A DNA stretch of 64,000 nt from Rhina ancylostomus. Taxonomy: Eukaryota. Below are positions 55,701 through 64,000 of the stretch, one piece after another; position 1 is the first letter of the stretch, and the number at the start of each line of letters is the position of its first letter. Where the stretch lies: contig JARFYF010000063.1 in assembly GCA_030265395.1 (NCBI GenBank), positions 64,105,654 to 64,169,653 on the forward strand, written 5' to 3'. A model generated the notes under the pieces. It saw only the letters and a list, made by a program, of their open reading frames with translations. It had not been told where the DNA came from and made no database searches. Both the position numbers and the translations under genes were made by a program.

Positions 55701-58700
55701 GCTGCCTGGGGTTGGCAATTTGTATGAGTGTAAAAAGCCTCTTGAGCTGCCACAGTGTGACAACTTTTCAGCAAAGAGGCCTGAAAAATGCCAGGGAGTC
55801 ACTTGGGAAAACACTTACAAGAGGTCACTTGAGGCTCTGGAACAAAATCTACAAAAGCTCAATCGGGAAAGGAATCAGTTTGATTCCCCCAATTCCAGTG
55901 GAGGCTCAATCAGTGAAGGGCCACTACTAAGTGAAGGAAGTCTCTCAGAGGAGGATGGTCAGCCAAGTTCCAGAGACCCAACTAAATTAACACAAAGATT
56001 AAAGGACAAGGATTTCTGTGCAGAAGTGTCAAATCCTATTCAGCCTGTGGCAGAGTTCCAGAAAGACGCAGAGAGATATCAGCCTCTCCAGCTGCAACTG
56101 GAGGGACACAAGAGCATAACTCCCTGGGAAGAGCTAGCCAAGGGGAGCCCTCACAGTGTGATCAACATCTTTACAAAGAGCTATCAGTGCTGTGGGAAAG
56201 GTAAGGACCCAGCATAGGCTACACTACCTGAGAGGGTCAGACTGCACATTTATACCTTTGGCTGGAAATCAGTGTATATTTCCCCTCTTTTCCCACCCAC
56301 TTTACTCCCCAATCCATTTGCCTCTGACTAACACCATTATACAATGTGTGTGTTCTGCTACCTAGTCCAGATGTACATTGATCTTATGCACACCTCCATA
56401 GAGATGATATACTGTGATGGGTGTCACAGCCGAATAGGATCCTGTACATCCACTTCATGTGGCATTTTTGCTAAAAGGAGTCATTGAGGTTGGAAAGCAG
56501 GGAAAGACATCTGTAGTGTGGGTGAGGTGTAGGTTGCTGGACATTTGATAAGAGGATTGTGGGCAGGGAGGCCAATGGACTGTTGAGCAGGTAGGCATTG
56601 GGGGTTCTTTAGATCTGGGGTATGGAATGGGACACTGTCCCACATTCCTTTGCCGTGGTGGAGGGTAAAGGGATTAAGTTCTGATGGACAGTCATGGATT
56701 GGTGTTGCTGATATGACAGGGTGGAGTGGATGAATGGGAGAGTGTTTTGAGAAAGTGGGAGCTATGAGGCTGATCAACATTGGTTTTACTGCTACTATCT
56801 TGTAATCACTCTTCACTCACCTATTTTTCATTACTGTGGCAAGGAGATTTTCATCAAAAGGCCTGTTGGAAATTGCTGCATGTGAATTTCCTGACCGTGT
56901 ATGTTTTGTTGACAGGAGATTTAGAGGAGCAATCTGATAGAATCTCCCCAACTCTGCAACCTCTATCTGCAGCAAGCCCTGAAGAAGTGGATGGATATGA
57001 AGATGATTTCCTTTCCTCTCACAGCAGCACAGGTGTGAGCAGGAAGTTCCCTTCATACCAAAGGTAAAGACCAGGGCCTCCTGTGAGTACTACTCTTCAG
57101 ACCAAATCAAAATGCTTTACTGCATCAAAAAGCAGACATGTTATGAGAGTATTCATTAATATTTGAAGGATTTTTTCCAATAGTGAATTGTTTAGATGTA
57201 AAAATGGAGAACTACGGGCATTAGAGGTTTGAATACACAGCTTCTGGTTCTTCTGCCATTTATCGTAGATTTGCATTCACTTACAAACTATCCTAGCAAT
57301 TAAAGCAAGTCCTTCCTGTTTACTCCATTTAAAGTCAAGATTTAAACAGCCTGATTAACTCCCTCCATAAATTTATCTGAGAATGACAGACTTGCATCTA
57401 TTCGACTTACTTTACATTCTCAGTGCATCTCAAAGTGCTTTATAGCTCAGTCAATTTTTATTACAACTGTAATGAAGGGACAATCAAGAATATTTGCAAT
57501 TATTCATATCTAACAACTAAAGTCTCTTATTCTTCTAGAAATATTGGGGGAATACACAAACCTTAAATGCACTATAACATTGCAGTTTTGCTTGTAGCTG
57601 TAAAATTTGATGGTTTGAATTTTTGAAAGGATGGGAGTTAGAGTCAGAGAGAGAGCACAGAAACAGGCCCTTGGCCCACCAATCCTAGCCAACCATTAAC
57701 CACTTATTTTACACTAATCCTACATTATTTTTTTTTATTCTTCTCCCATTATCAACTTCCCCCAGATTCTTCCACTCACCTACACACCCAGGGCAATTTA
57801 TGGTGGCTTATTAGCCTACCTACCTGCAAGACTTTGGGATGTCTGAGCAAACATTTGAGCAAACCCTGGATCACCTGGAGGACATTGTCACAGGGAGAAC
57901 CAGATGGTACCTGGATCTCTAGCATGCAAAGTAGCAGCTCTCTTAGCTATGCCACTGCCACCCTTAGAGCAGAAAATACTGGTGCCAATACTTGGGACAA
58001 ATCTACACCCGCTCTTTCAGATGTATCTACGTTGTTACTTTCCCAAATGAGTGTCAAAGGAGTGGTGCTCTTGCAGGGATTCTTATTCCCAAGATGCCCC
58101 TCCTTATTTCTTGGATATCTCAATATGTTTCACTGCCTTAATTTACTTTTAAAGTTTAACCACTAACTTTGCAAGAAAACTATTTCCACCTTANNNNNNC
58201 TTGATGATTCTACAGCATTTGCCCCAGTTGATCATTCAATTTTCTTCTAGTGCCTCTCTGCTGTCATTCAGATGGGTGGGAGGTGTTCAGTTGTTTTAAT
58301 ATGTATCCAGCTGTAAACCAGAGAATCAGCTCTGAATGTCTTCTCTAATATCACCTAGTCCTCCCCACTGATACCCTGTGTTGTCCCTCCACTGGCTCTC
58401 AAACACCATGTCTGATATCTAGTACTGAAAGAACAAAAAATTGCTGAAGATCAAACCCAGAGCTGTTTTCAGCCATAATAGTCTAGCTACCAAATCCTTC
58501 CCTGTTTTTGCATCTGTCTGAAAGCAAACCAAACCATTCATAATCGTGGTGTATATTTGATCCCATTATCTGTTGACGTAATTCTGCACCATTACTAGTG
58601 CTGTCCATTTCCACCTATCTGACCCTGTCCTGCTTTGGTTTTCTATTCCTTCCTTCTAGACTTCATGATCCCTCACTTGATCCTCTGTAAACTTAAGTTC

Positions 58701-61257
58701 ATCCAAACCTCCATTTTCCCATGTATTTTAACTGTCCTTGCTTGTACAAGCTTACTAATTTAAAAAAAGTAATGTAACTAAGAAAATATTGGGGCACATT
58801 TCCTTGTCCAGCTCAAGTAATTTTTAATGTTAGTTGCAGTAAACTGTCTCAAGCTTTACTTAATAAAACAGAGGAATCTTTTCATGCCTTTTCGTCTTTT
58901 CATATGACCCAGATCCATATATACCAATTCCACATTTGGGGTCATGTGTCCCATGGAATCAGATTGCAACATCACATATTTGCCTAGAAACTGCAATGGT
59001 GTTCTCTAATGGCAGAAATAAGTTACTGCAGCCTGTGTTTTCAAAGTTCTGATGTGAAACATTAGAATCATAAGAGGCTAGTCAGCCATTGTGTTTGTGC
59101 TGGATGGAAAAAGAGATGCCTGGCATTTGACTTTTAACCATAACCTTGCAAATACACATCCCAGGTACTTTTTAAAATATAACAAGGGTTTTTGGCTCTA
59201 TCATCCCTTAAGGCAATGAGTTCCAGACACCTACCATGCTTTGGATGATTTTTTTCCCCTGTAATTGGTATTGGTTTATTATTGTCACTTGTACTGAGGT
59301 ACAGTGAAAAGCTTGTCTTACAAACTGATCATACAGGTAAATTCATTACAAAAATTCTTTTTACCAGTTTCTTTACCCCTGTTTATTAACCTCTTTGTTA
59401 AACAAAATACTTCCTTATTCATTCTAGGCCCCTCATAATTTTATACACCTCAATTATGTCTCCCTGAGACTCCTGTTCCAAAAAAACATTCCCAGCCAAT
59501 CTAATCTTGACTAAAATTTTCCAGTCCTAGCAATGTCCTCACAAAATCTCTCGGTGTATGTTCTCCAGACAATTATATCTTTCCTATAGTGTGGTGGCCT
59601 GATCTATGTACAGTACTCCAGCTGTAGGCTAATTAGGGTTGTACAGTATTCCAGTATAATTTCCCTGCTCTTGTATTCCATGTTTTGGCTGATAAAGGAA
59701 AGCATATCTTTTACCATTTTAACCAATTCATGCAGCTGCTGCCTTTTAACAATCTGTAGACGTAAATCTTTTATTCCTTGATACCTCCTGTGTTTTCCTG
59801 TTTATTGTCTGTTCCCTTGCCTTGACGCACCTCCCAAAATGCACTATCACTGATTTCTCCCAGATGAATTTAATTTGCAATTTTTCTGCCCTACTGACCA
59901 GGCCATCTATATCTTCCTGCAGTTTGTGGCTTTCTTCTTGTTGTGTTTCCTTGTGTCACTGTTGTGTTGCTCAGGGGCGCATTGCACTTTTCTGATTAGT
60001 TTTAAAGATCATGTTGATTTCGTCATCTTAGCAAAAAGGTTAGCATACCACCGGAACTTTGTTTCCCCTGTCCTGTCACCTGCCATAGAATTGAATATGA
60101 CATGGGATATTTTAGTATTAGAAGATTTGCTGAGCTTTCCAGTTCTAGAATCCCATTGTGAGTTGCTGTCAGTCAACTGTGAACCACTGTGGTGATATTG
60201 AAAGAGTAGGAGAACAATATGGTGGTAATTTTAACTTGACCATCCATAAGGAAACCACCAGACAACTGGTGTTTAGTATGTTTGCTGATCTTGCATTCCA
60301 TTTAAGTCAGTATGGGGCAGGATGTATACCTTAATTACCTCTACTTGATTCTAACTGATTTCCTCTTTGTTAATTTAAAGTCCAATCATTCTAAGAGGCT
60401 GCAATTCCGTGTGCTGACATGTCAATATTGTGCAGTGTGTTCTCCGTCATAGTGGCTACCAGCAATACAGTGCCTTGGACTTGGTTCTCAATCTTTCTAA
60501 GTCTACAGAGTCCTTATCCCTTCCTTTCTTTTCAAACCTGCAATTTATTTTGGGACATTTTAGTGTTTATGTTGTTGCCTTGCTAATGAATCAGCATGTG
60601 TGTACCTGTTATTTTCTGTACCTTTTGCAGGTGATGCCTCCGTGCCTACAATTTATTTTTCTGGAAGGTCTGTTTGAAAGTAGAGCCCTGATTAATCTTT
60701 TTGTTTTGGGTTGCTTTAGCAGTTGTGCTAGTAGTCCTTCCAGTGTCTGTGAGGAGCTTCCCAGCAAAAGATCTCAAGAAAGAAGGTCTGGAGAGGTGTC
60801 CCCTCTATCTTCATTACACCGTTCCACACCCTCCTCCCAATCATCCAGTTCTTCAAGAAAGAAAATGAAAATAAATGGTAAATGATGTTGACTTTATTGT
60901 TCCACCTCTCTTATTCCCACCCACCCCTTCCTGGGTAAAGAACTTTGCAATCAGGAGGGAGTACTTTATGGATATTGAACAATTTAACTAATTTTGATTT
61001 GGTTTGAGAAGATTGGGGAGATGTTCACTATCATCCTTCTAACATATTTAACTTTTAATTTTGATAGGTGCAGATGTTGCTGGAAGTGTGCGACATTCTC
61101 CTGTGGATGACAGTACATGTATATCTGCAAGTATTTCAGATCAAGCCTCTGCTGAAGGAAAGGTACTGAGTCTGGGGCAAGGTGTAGTCGGTGATCCTGA
61201 GCAAGTGAAATACTCTAATGGCACAGCAGAAGAAGCCCCCGTTGTATCCCCTATTAG
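1665..61257 (+). CDS. CEP350: CEP350 (centrosome-associated protein 350), 5' portion, 14 coding exons; continues beyond the window
   Basis: Spliced exons give motifs matching vertebrate CEP350: LRHIENRLE..PTSTAV, PLRSTTLESNIKK, QHDDKLEKLKERIRKQ, KVRKVAVAPPAPSYKGFNPTETKIRTPDGKVW, RHYDAEEVRQYI, KNKRLQELYRKQKEAF, YQPSGESDKENK, YKSKLDRIEALKATAASLS, SEGPLLSEGSLSEE, PWEELAKGSPHSVINIFTKSY. All introns are GT-AG with compatible phases. Confidence 0.96.
2705..3320. repeat. Degenerate Penelope-derived repeat fragments (both orientations)
   Basis: AAAATGCTG...GCAGCAT and CTGATGAAG...GAAATGTT...CTAGCATCT motifs shared with the other PLE-derived copies. Confidence 0.5.
3660..3703 (+). CDS. CEP350: CEP350 coding exon 2 (DVASAWDTVKQTKAA)
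   Basis: tttcag| acceptor, |GTAAGT donor; resembles CEP350 WD...QTKAA. Confidence 0.88.
3867..4132. mobile_element. Non-autonomous Tc1/mariner(pogo)-type MITE, copy 1
   Basis: TA|CAGTAAGATTC ... GAATTTTACTG|TA terminal inverted repeats with TA flanks; internal similarity to 8212-8499. Confidence 0.7.
5765..6954 (-). mobile_element. Penelope-like retroelement 3' fragment (GIY-YIG endonuclease + tail)
   Basis: Minus translation QSFQVRQRFTCTSLNIIYCIRSSKCGLHYIG is a PLE GIY-YIG motif; flanked by a 16-bp direct repeat; hammerhead-like motif at 5830-5867. Confidence 0.85.
5830..5867 (-). ncRNA. Minimal type I hammerhead-ribozyme-like motif in a Penelope tail
   Basis: Minus strand: CAGTC-CTGAAGA-AGGGTCCTGACCT-GAAAC-ATT-GATCG; located downstream of the GIY-YIG coding remnant. 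Confidence 0.55.
6985..7740 (-). mobile_element. Old CR1-like LINE fragments
   Basis: ORF 7530..7724 QQGFRG...NLIDFFE...VYAGFSQVFNK resembles the CR1 RT QHGF...NLIEFFE...VYMDFSKAFDK. Confidence 0.6.
7929..8043 (+). CDS. CEP350: CEP350 coding exon 3 (LRHIENRLEAVPTSTAVLDTVMDNKKPLGSATRKVSRK)
   Basis: aag| acceptor, G|GTAAGT donor; strong motif match. Confidence 0.93.
8212..8499. mobile_element. Non-autonomous Tc1/mariner(pogo)-type MITE, copy 2
   Basis: TAGTAAAACTCCAATAAT ... ATTATTGGAGTTTCACTA inverted ends; shares ATCTGACT, ATGGTTTGGCAT, TAATACTGTGT and CTAGTCT blocks with copy 1. Confidence 0.7.
10003..10174 (+). CDS. CEP350: CEP350 coding exon 4 (DGRYMEDS...PLRSTTLESNIKKSSQVEFRDPL)
   Basis: tgtcag| acceptor, AG|GTAAGA donor; lies within ORF 9960..10178. 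Confidence 0.93.
11434..12056 (+). CDS. CEP350: CEP350 coding exon 5 (DDTVVKFLND...KLEKLKERIRKQ...PPAPSYK)
   Basis: accag| acceptor, AAG|GTATGA donor; overlaps ORF 11504..12133. Confidence 0.94.
12472..12680 (+). mobile_element. Diverged HE1/V-SINE-like SINE
   Basis: Degenerate core GTTCTCCCTGAGACTG...GGTGCTACAGTTTTCTCCCACATACC. Confidence 0.6.
12695..12932 (-). mobile_element. Full-length HE1/V-SINE-like SINE with CR1-type tail
   Basis: tRNA-like head (GGCAGCACGGTAGCGTAATGGTTAG...GGTTCAATTCC), conserved core, tail GGACTCGTTGGGCCGGAAGGGCCTG. Confidence 0.85.
14159..14272 (+). CDS. CEP350: CEP350 coding exon 6 (GFNPTETKIRTPDGKVW...QLA)
   Basis: ttacag| acceptor, CAG|GTAAGA donor. Confidence 0.94.
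14360..14515 (-). repeat. ERV 3' LTR (R-U5 part; remainder lost in the assembly gap)
   Basis: Aligns with 16827-16972; minus-strand AATAAA at 14438-14443. Confidence 0.9.
14616..15430 (-). pseudogene. pol: Decayed retroviral pol fragment: RT thumb, connection/tether, start of RNase H
   Basis: VKFLG...FCRQWLP; AFDKLKQALASSPALG.P.Y..PFQLFV; AVLTQ.HG...RPVAYYS..LDPVARGLPPC; NPATFL...DC...PDLSD...LYI(N)G. Contains frameshifts and stops. Confidence 0.92.
15452..16400 (-). pseudogene. gag: Decayed retroviral gag (MA, p12-like, start of CA), frameshifted
   Basis: ORFs 15907..16353 and 15452..16045: WPLGGTW (class I matrix WPxxGT), PPPY late domain, PIASQTR, QFPNR (cf. FPLR at the CA start), YTPWK. 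Confidence 0.8.
16806..16823 (-). promoter_or_regulatory. Primer-binding site complementary to the tRNA-Arg(ACG) 3' end
   Basis: Minus strand reads CA-ATT-TAGCGAGCCAGCCAGGAG(TC). Vertebrate tRNA-Arg(ACG) ends GACTCCTGGCTGGCTCG-CCA, giving 17/18 match (TGG->TAG). Confidence 0.9.
16827..17245 (-). repeat. ERV 5' LTR (419 bp, TG...CA)
   Basis: On the minus strand it begins TGAGGAAG and ends GATAACA, adjacent to the PBS; TATAAA at 16989-16994 (minus) and CCAAT motifs upstream. Confidence 0.88.
19165..19800 (-). mobile_element. CR1 LINE 3' fragment
   Basis: Similar to the reverse complement of the CR1 copy at 48797-49952 and to 30790-31523. Confidence 0.65.
25245..25805. repeat. Penelope-derived repeat (tail region, inverted ends around a gap)
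   Basis: TGCTGGAGGAACTCAGTGGGTCAGGCAGCAT ... GATGCTGCACAACCTGCTGAGTTCCTCCAGCA; decayed hammerhead-like motif at 25337-25374. Confidence 0.7.
27049..27162 (+). CDS. CEP350: CEP350 coding exon 7 (EKAREKKATKPVRKVQK)
   Basis: gacag| acceptor, |GTGAGT donor; phase 1-1. Confidence 0.9.
27718..27948 (+). mobile_element. HE1/V-SINE-like SINE, subfamily with a Rex1-like tail
   Basis: Core GGAGTTTATACGTTCTCCCTG...CCAAAGACGTACG; same subfamily as the minus copy at 63682-63876. Confidence 0.8.
28785..29040 (+). mobile_element. Penelope-like reverse transcriptase fragment
   Basis: PLAQSLPASVRDTSHALHHFNNFQFPGPDCLIFTMGVVSLYTSIP resembles the PLE RT motif (IRDT...FTMDV.SLYTSIP). Confidence 0.75.
30790..31523 (-). 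mobile_element. CR1 LINE 3' fragment
   Basis: MHFGRSN, QVDRVVK.A.G.L, PHLE.C, RDDLIKVYK, VVGAWNALP are CR1 ORF2 C-terminal motifs. Confidence 0.85.
32390..32910 (-). mobile_element. Penelope-like 3' fragment, diverged
   Basis: Translation RKLEEQH-like (HSKLEEQHISS...FNMEF); similar to 6130-6260; partial hammerhead-like motif at ~32458-32484. Confidence 0.6.
34253..34393 (+). CDS. CEP350: CEP350 coding exon 8 (HVISTASWREGQKLVKMVLGP)
   Basis: tttcag| acceptor, |GTGAGT donor; matches CEP350 ISTSSWRDGQKLVK. Not in the ORF track. Confidence 0.92.
37150..39520 (-). mobile_element. CR1 LINE 5' region with ORF1 (zinc-finger-like + SGNH esterase) and start of ORF2, decayed
   Basis: ORF 38024..38239 SRMGCCLPDARFRDVSE...EGEQPEVVEHVGTNNLGRK...LRELG matches the CR1 ORF1 esterase (CCLPGARVRDV...VVVHIGTND); Cys motif near 39430-39510. 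Confidence 0.8.
40340..40850 (+). mobile_element. CR1 LINE fragments
   Basis: GTAGATAAGATGGTAAAGAAGGCATATGG and AAGGGGAGATCTTGCCTGACATATCTGTTAGAATTCTTT (KG.SCLT.LLEFF) blocks. Confidence 0.7.
41797..42422 (+). CDS. CEP350: CEP350 coding exon 9 (DPRL...ILDDLQL...RHYDAEEVRQYI...RLQELYRKQKEAF)
   Basis: ctgcag| acceptor, CAG|GTAACC donor; overlaps ORF 41934..42470. Confidence 0.93.
42635..44330 (-). mobile_element. Old CR1 LINE, ORF2 3' half, decayed
   Basis: Begins with the typical CR1 tail (ATAAG..AAGAGCAGGAGTAGGCC), followed by long pyrimidine-rich antisense CR1-like sequence. Confidence 0.65.
45271..45392 (+). CDS. CEP350: CEP350 coding exon 10 (PKTVYQPSGESDKENKGQDRPLSASSSSDMSLSE)
   Basis: ttttcag| acceptor, CAG|GTAAGA donor. 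Confidence 0.94.
46255..47220 (-). mobile_element. Rex1/Babar-clade LINE 3' fragment
   Basis: SNSIYKFADDTTVVG, WCHDNNLSFN..KKELVIDFRR, RRLKKFG, TNFCQCTIESILSGCI.TWYGNC. Confidence 0.85.
48797..49952 (+). mobile_element. CR1 LINE, 5'-truncated, relatively young
   Basis: FDKVPH, SGVPQGS, KFADDTK, PHLEYCAQFWSPHYRKD, RGDLIKVYK; tail TTCTATGTTTTATGTT; possible target duplication CTAAAT (48791-48796 / 49953-49958). Confidence 0.9.
52316..53036 (+). mobile_element. L1/Tx1-clade LINE 3' fragment
   Basis: ORF 52510..: WERDL...W..IL...SSVCARHSLIQFKVVHR is the fish-type L1 C-terminal region; ends AATAAAAAGATTGAAAAAGAAA; ATCTAG on both sides. Confidence 0.8.
53770..54175 (+). mobile_element. Old CR1 3' fragment
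   Basis: TTGGAAGCAGTTCA...AGAATGAGGGGGACTCAATTG...GAGAGGATGTTT blocks typical of CR1. Confidence 0.55.
55167..56200 (+). CDS. CEP350: CEP350 coding exon 11 (large exon; KSKLDRIEALKATAASLS...KGSPHSVINIFTKSY)
   Basis: ttccag| acceptor, AAG|GTAAGG donor; lies within ORF 55099..56217. Confidence 0.95.
56916..57063 (+). CDS. CEP350: CEP350 coding exon 12 (…GYEDDFLSS…)
   Basis: gacag| acceptor, AAG|GTAAAG donor; YEDDF motif; phase 1-2. Confidence 0.85.
57640..57962 (-). mobile_element. Diverged SINE with CR1-type tail
   Basis: GCACAGAAACAGGCCCTTGGCCCACC tail; CTTTGGGATGT...CACCTGGAGG...CACAGGGAGAAC core. Confidence 0.55.
59060..59930 (-). mobile_element. Old CR1 fragment with a Rex1-type 3' tail inserted (~59265-59350)
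   Basis: CR1-like antisense sequence interrupted by ATTGGTATTGGTTTATTATTGTCACTTGTACTGAGGTACAGTGAAAAG, which matches 46260-46310. Confidence 0.65.
60720..60877 (+). CDS. CEP350: CEP350 coding exon 13 (Ser-rich, ...SSSRKKMKIN)
   Basis: tttTAG|CAG acceptor, G|GTAAAT donor; phase 2-1 fits neighbours; Ser-rich/basic like the CEP350 segment. Confidence 0.75.
61068..61257 (+). CDS. CEP350: CEP350 coding exon 14 (ADVAGSVRHSPVDD...); 3' end uncertain (alternative donor at 61162)
   Basis: gatag| acceptor; candidate donors AG|GTATGG (61257) and AAG|GTACTG (61162). Confidence 0.65.
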
Positions 61258-62840
61258 GTATGGACAACTCAATTTTACAGAGATTGGTTGACTGCAGTAA
61301 CCTTCTGTTTATAGGGTGAAGTAATTAAGCTGTATGGATATGAATAATGAGTGATTGTATGAATTAATGACTCATGGTATATATAGGTGATATAAATGTA
61401 TGACTGACTGTTTTGCCATTATCTCGCAGATAGAAAAGATAACTTTCAGAATGACCCGCAGTGTTTCAGCCATTGAAATAGGTACAGTTGTTGGAAGTTG
61501 TTTAGCCAATTTGTACACAACCTGGTTTCTCAAAAAGCAATATGATAATGCCCAGATAATCTCTCCTGATTATTTTAGTCAAAGGAAAGATATTTGCCAA
61601 GATAACAAGGAGGTCCCTTGTATTTTGACAGTCACATGTTGCCTCAGTTTTATGTCTCACCTGAAAGATAGCACCTTTGACAATGCAGTATTCCCTCATT
61701 ATACTGAAGTATTCTGGAATAAGAATTGAACTCGCAATCCTCTAATGTAAGTGAGATTGTTATTCACGCTAGTTTAATACTTTAGATACTTGGAACCCTT
61801 TTGGTATCAGTCTGCATTGAGGATGTTGGTGGGCCAACACAGAGTCTTCAATCCCCACATCTGCCCTTTCAATAAAAGTTTCCAGTTGGGCAAGTTGCTT
61901 CTAAAAGTTTTAGTTGCTTCTAATTAAAGGGCACAGAGTTTAATCCTTGCCTCCGTATTGCTGTTTTCATTCTGATTTGCTAATTGAAAATCAAATCTGC
62001 CTGTGTAGGAATGTATATTGTAATGGGGGGTGGATTCTCCTTGCTGCTGTTGGCAGCTTACCTTGGGGTTACATAGTAATCAGCAAGAGATGATGTGCTA
62101 CATCTCATGGTTAAAAACAAAAGAAATAAAAGTAGGTGTAGGCCCCATTCATCTGCTCCAACATTGTGACTCATCCTTTAGCTAATTTTCCTTGCTATTT
62201 CCCTTCTACTCTGATTATCAAAAATATTAAGCACAACAAAGGTGGATCAAAAGTCATCTGAAGCAGATCATTCAAAAGATTTGTGCCATCTGAGTAGAGA
62301 TTTCTCCTGAACCTCAAACTCGTTATCCTAAAGCCATGGCCCCTAGTTCTTCTCCAGCTGATGATACTCTGGTCATCTACACTGTTAATCTGCCTCAGAA
62401 TTTAGTATATCTCAAGGAGATCGCCTCCTTTCAAACTCACCTGAATACCGGTCAGCCTTATTTAATTTCTGCTCAAATGACAACCTGCTAATGCTTGGAA
62501 TCAACCTATTGACTTTACTCTGCACTTACTCCAATGTGGGTTTATTCTGTTTTAGGTAAAAAAAAATCAGAAAATATGTGCAGTCTTCCAAATGAGATCC
62601 CACCAAGGCATTGTACAGTCTTGATGAGACTTGATATCCTCCAAATCCCCTTGAGATTTCAACGTACTACTTGTCTTTCTGTTTGCTGAATCTGCTCATT
62701 TACTTTTAGTATCTTGTGAACCAGTAAATCAAGACCCCATCCACACCAACATTTGCTAATTTCTCATGGTTTTTTTTATATACATCTCCTCTTCTCACCA
62801 TTTTACTCCAACTATCAACTCCTAGCTGATGCTTAACCCC

Positions 62841-62877
62841 AGTTCTGAAGAAAGGTCATGGACCTGAAACTTTAACT
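62841..62877 (+). ncRNA. Minimal type I hammerhead-ribozyme-like motif in a Penelope-derived repeat (cleavage triplet decayed)
   Basis: AGTT-CTGAAGA-A-AGGTC-ATG-GACCT-GAAAC-TTT-AACT: helix I AGTT/AACT, core CUGANGA...GAAA, helix II AGGTC/GACCT. Confidence 0.55.
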
Positions 62878-63681
62878 TCACACATGCTGCCTAACCTGAA
62901 TATTTCCAGCGCTTGTTTCTACTTGAGATTTATAGCATCTGCATTCTTATCATTTCAGTTATTAATAGAAATTGAAGTGTTGATGATACGTTTGTCACTT
63001 TCTGAAACTCTTGGTCCTATAACAGAATCCAAGGAATTATGAAAGGTCATCAATGGATCTATTATCCATGGTTTTAGTCTCCTTAATTTCTCCAGTACTT
63101 TAAAGGTATTAATTACCTGAAGTTACTCACTATGAACAAACCCTCTGTTCCCTTTCATTTTATGCTTTTTTTCCCATTTGATATTTGAAAACACTTGAGT
63201 ACTATTTATAGATGTAGCACAGTGAAGTAGGCCTTGATGACCTTCATTTTCACCTCTTTCATGTGATTCTTCCAGTTTTGGCATGCTGTAGACCTGTCAT
63301 TACCTCCTTTATGGTAGCTATTGTGCAGTCAGTCCTGGTGATGTTACCTTGAGTTTTGGACAGAATGTGCATTCTTTGGTAGGCCTGGAACCCATGGATT
63401 GGCTTTCTTTTTTAACATTGCAGGGCTTATTTGGGTAAGGAGACTGGAGGAAATTTGCACATCCATCATTCAGAAAGGACAGATGTTACCCCCTAATTCC
63501 AATATTTTGTTCCTTTTTCCATTGGTGGAGCAATCCTTATTCCACTGTAATGCTGTTGGGCTCTGAGAATATCCCAGGCTTAAGACCAGGCCAGCTCATT
63601 CAGTTTTTCGAACTATCCTTTAAAGAGTCAGAGTCTTATTAACTTACCTGCTGGTTTGAGTTACGTGAATATCTATATGTA

Positions 63682-64000
63682 AGATTTCTTTATTAGTCAT
63701 ATGTACATCGAAACAGTGTTTTGCATCTTTTGCATAGTGTTCTGGGGGCAGCCCCCAAGTGTCACCACGCTTCCAGCGCCAACACAGCATGCCCACAACT
63801 TCCTAACACGTACGTCTTTTTGGAATGTGGGAGGAAACCAGAGCACCCGGAGGAAACCCATGCAGACATGGGGAGANNNNNNNNNNNNNNNNNNNNNNNN
63901 NNNNNNNNNNNNNNNNNNNNNNNNNNNNNNNNNNNNNNNNNNNNNNNNNNNNNNNNNNNNNNNNNNNNNNNNNNNNGAATGTGGGAGGAAACCAGAGCAC
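63682..64000 (-). mobile_element. HE1/V-SINE-like SINE (same subfamily as 27718-27948), broken by a gap
   Basis: GAATGTGGGAGGAAACCAGAGCACCCGGAGGAAACCC core; the tail is the reverse complement of 27840-27945. Confidence 0.8.

Noticed and set aside
55490-55930. 146-aa alternative-frame ORF overlapping the large CEP350 exon
   Set aside because: No recognisable similarity; shadow ORFs of this length are common in coding exons.
63817-64000. SINE core repeated on both sides of the terminal gap
   Set aside because: Same overlap-across-gap pattern; likely an assembly artefact.
1-64000. Prokaryotic-type systems (CRISPR arrays, operons, defence islands)
   Set aside because: The sequence is a spliced vertebrate gene with retroelements; no regularly spaced repeat-spacer array or dense coding was seen.

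Overview
Eukaryotic (vertebrate) genomic DNA, AT-rich, with many N gaps. The repeat landscape (CR1, Rex1/Babar, L1, Penelope-like elements, HE1/V-SINE-type SINEs) suggests a cartilaginous fish; this is an inference. The window is almost entirely the 5' part of the CEP350 (centrosome-associated protein 350) gene on the + strand. Fourteen coding exons (1665-61257) can be chained with GT-AG splice sites and consistent phases, and they translate into recognisable CEP350 motifs. The gene continues beyond the window and any non-coding first exon lies upstream. The most notable accessory feature is an antisense class I (gamma/epsilon-like) endogenous retrovirus, 14360-17245, inserted 87 bp after an exon. 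It has TG..CA ends, a 4-bp CTGG target-site duplication, a tRNA-Arg(ACG) primer-binding site, and decayed gag (WPxxGT, PPPY) and pol (RT thumb, tether, RNase H start). It also has a large internal deletion and three tRNA T-loop-like hairpins in its leader. Scattered Penelope-derived repeats carry minimal hammerhead-ribozyme-like motifs. Most ORFs in the supplied track are spurious or gap-spanning. All identifications were made by eye and from recalled family motifs; no database search was run.
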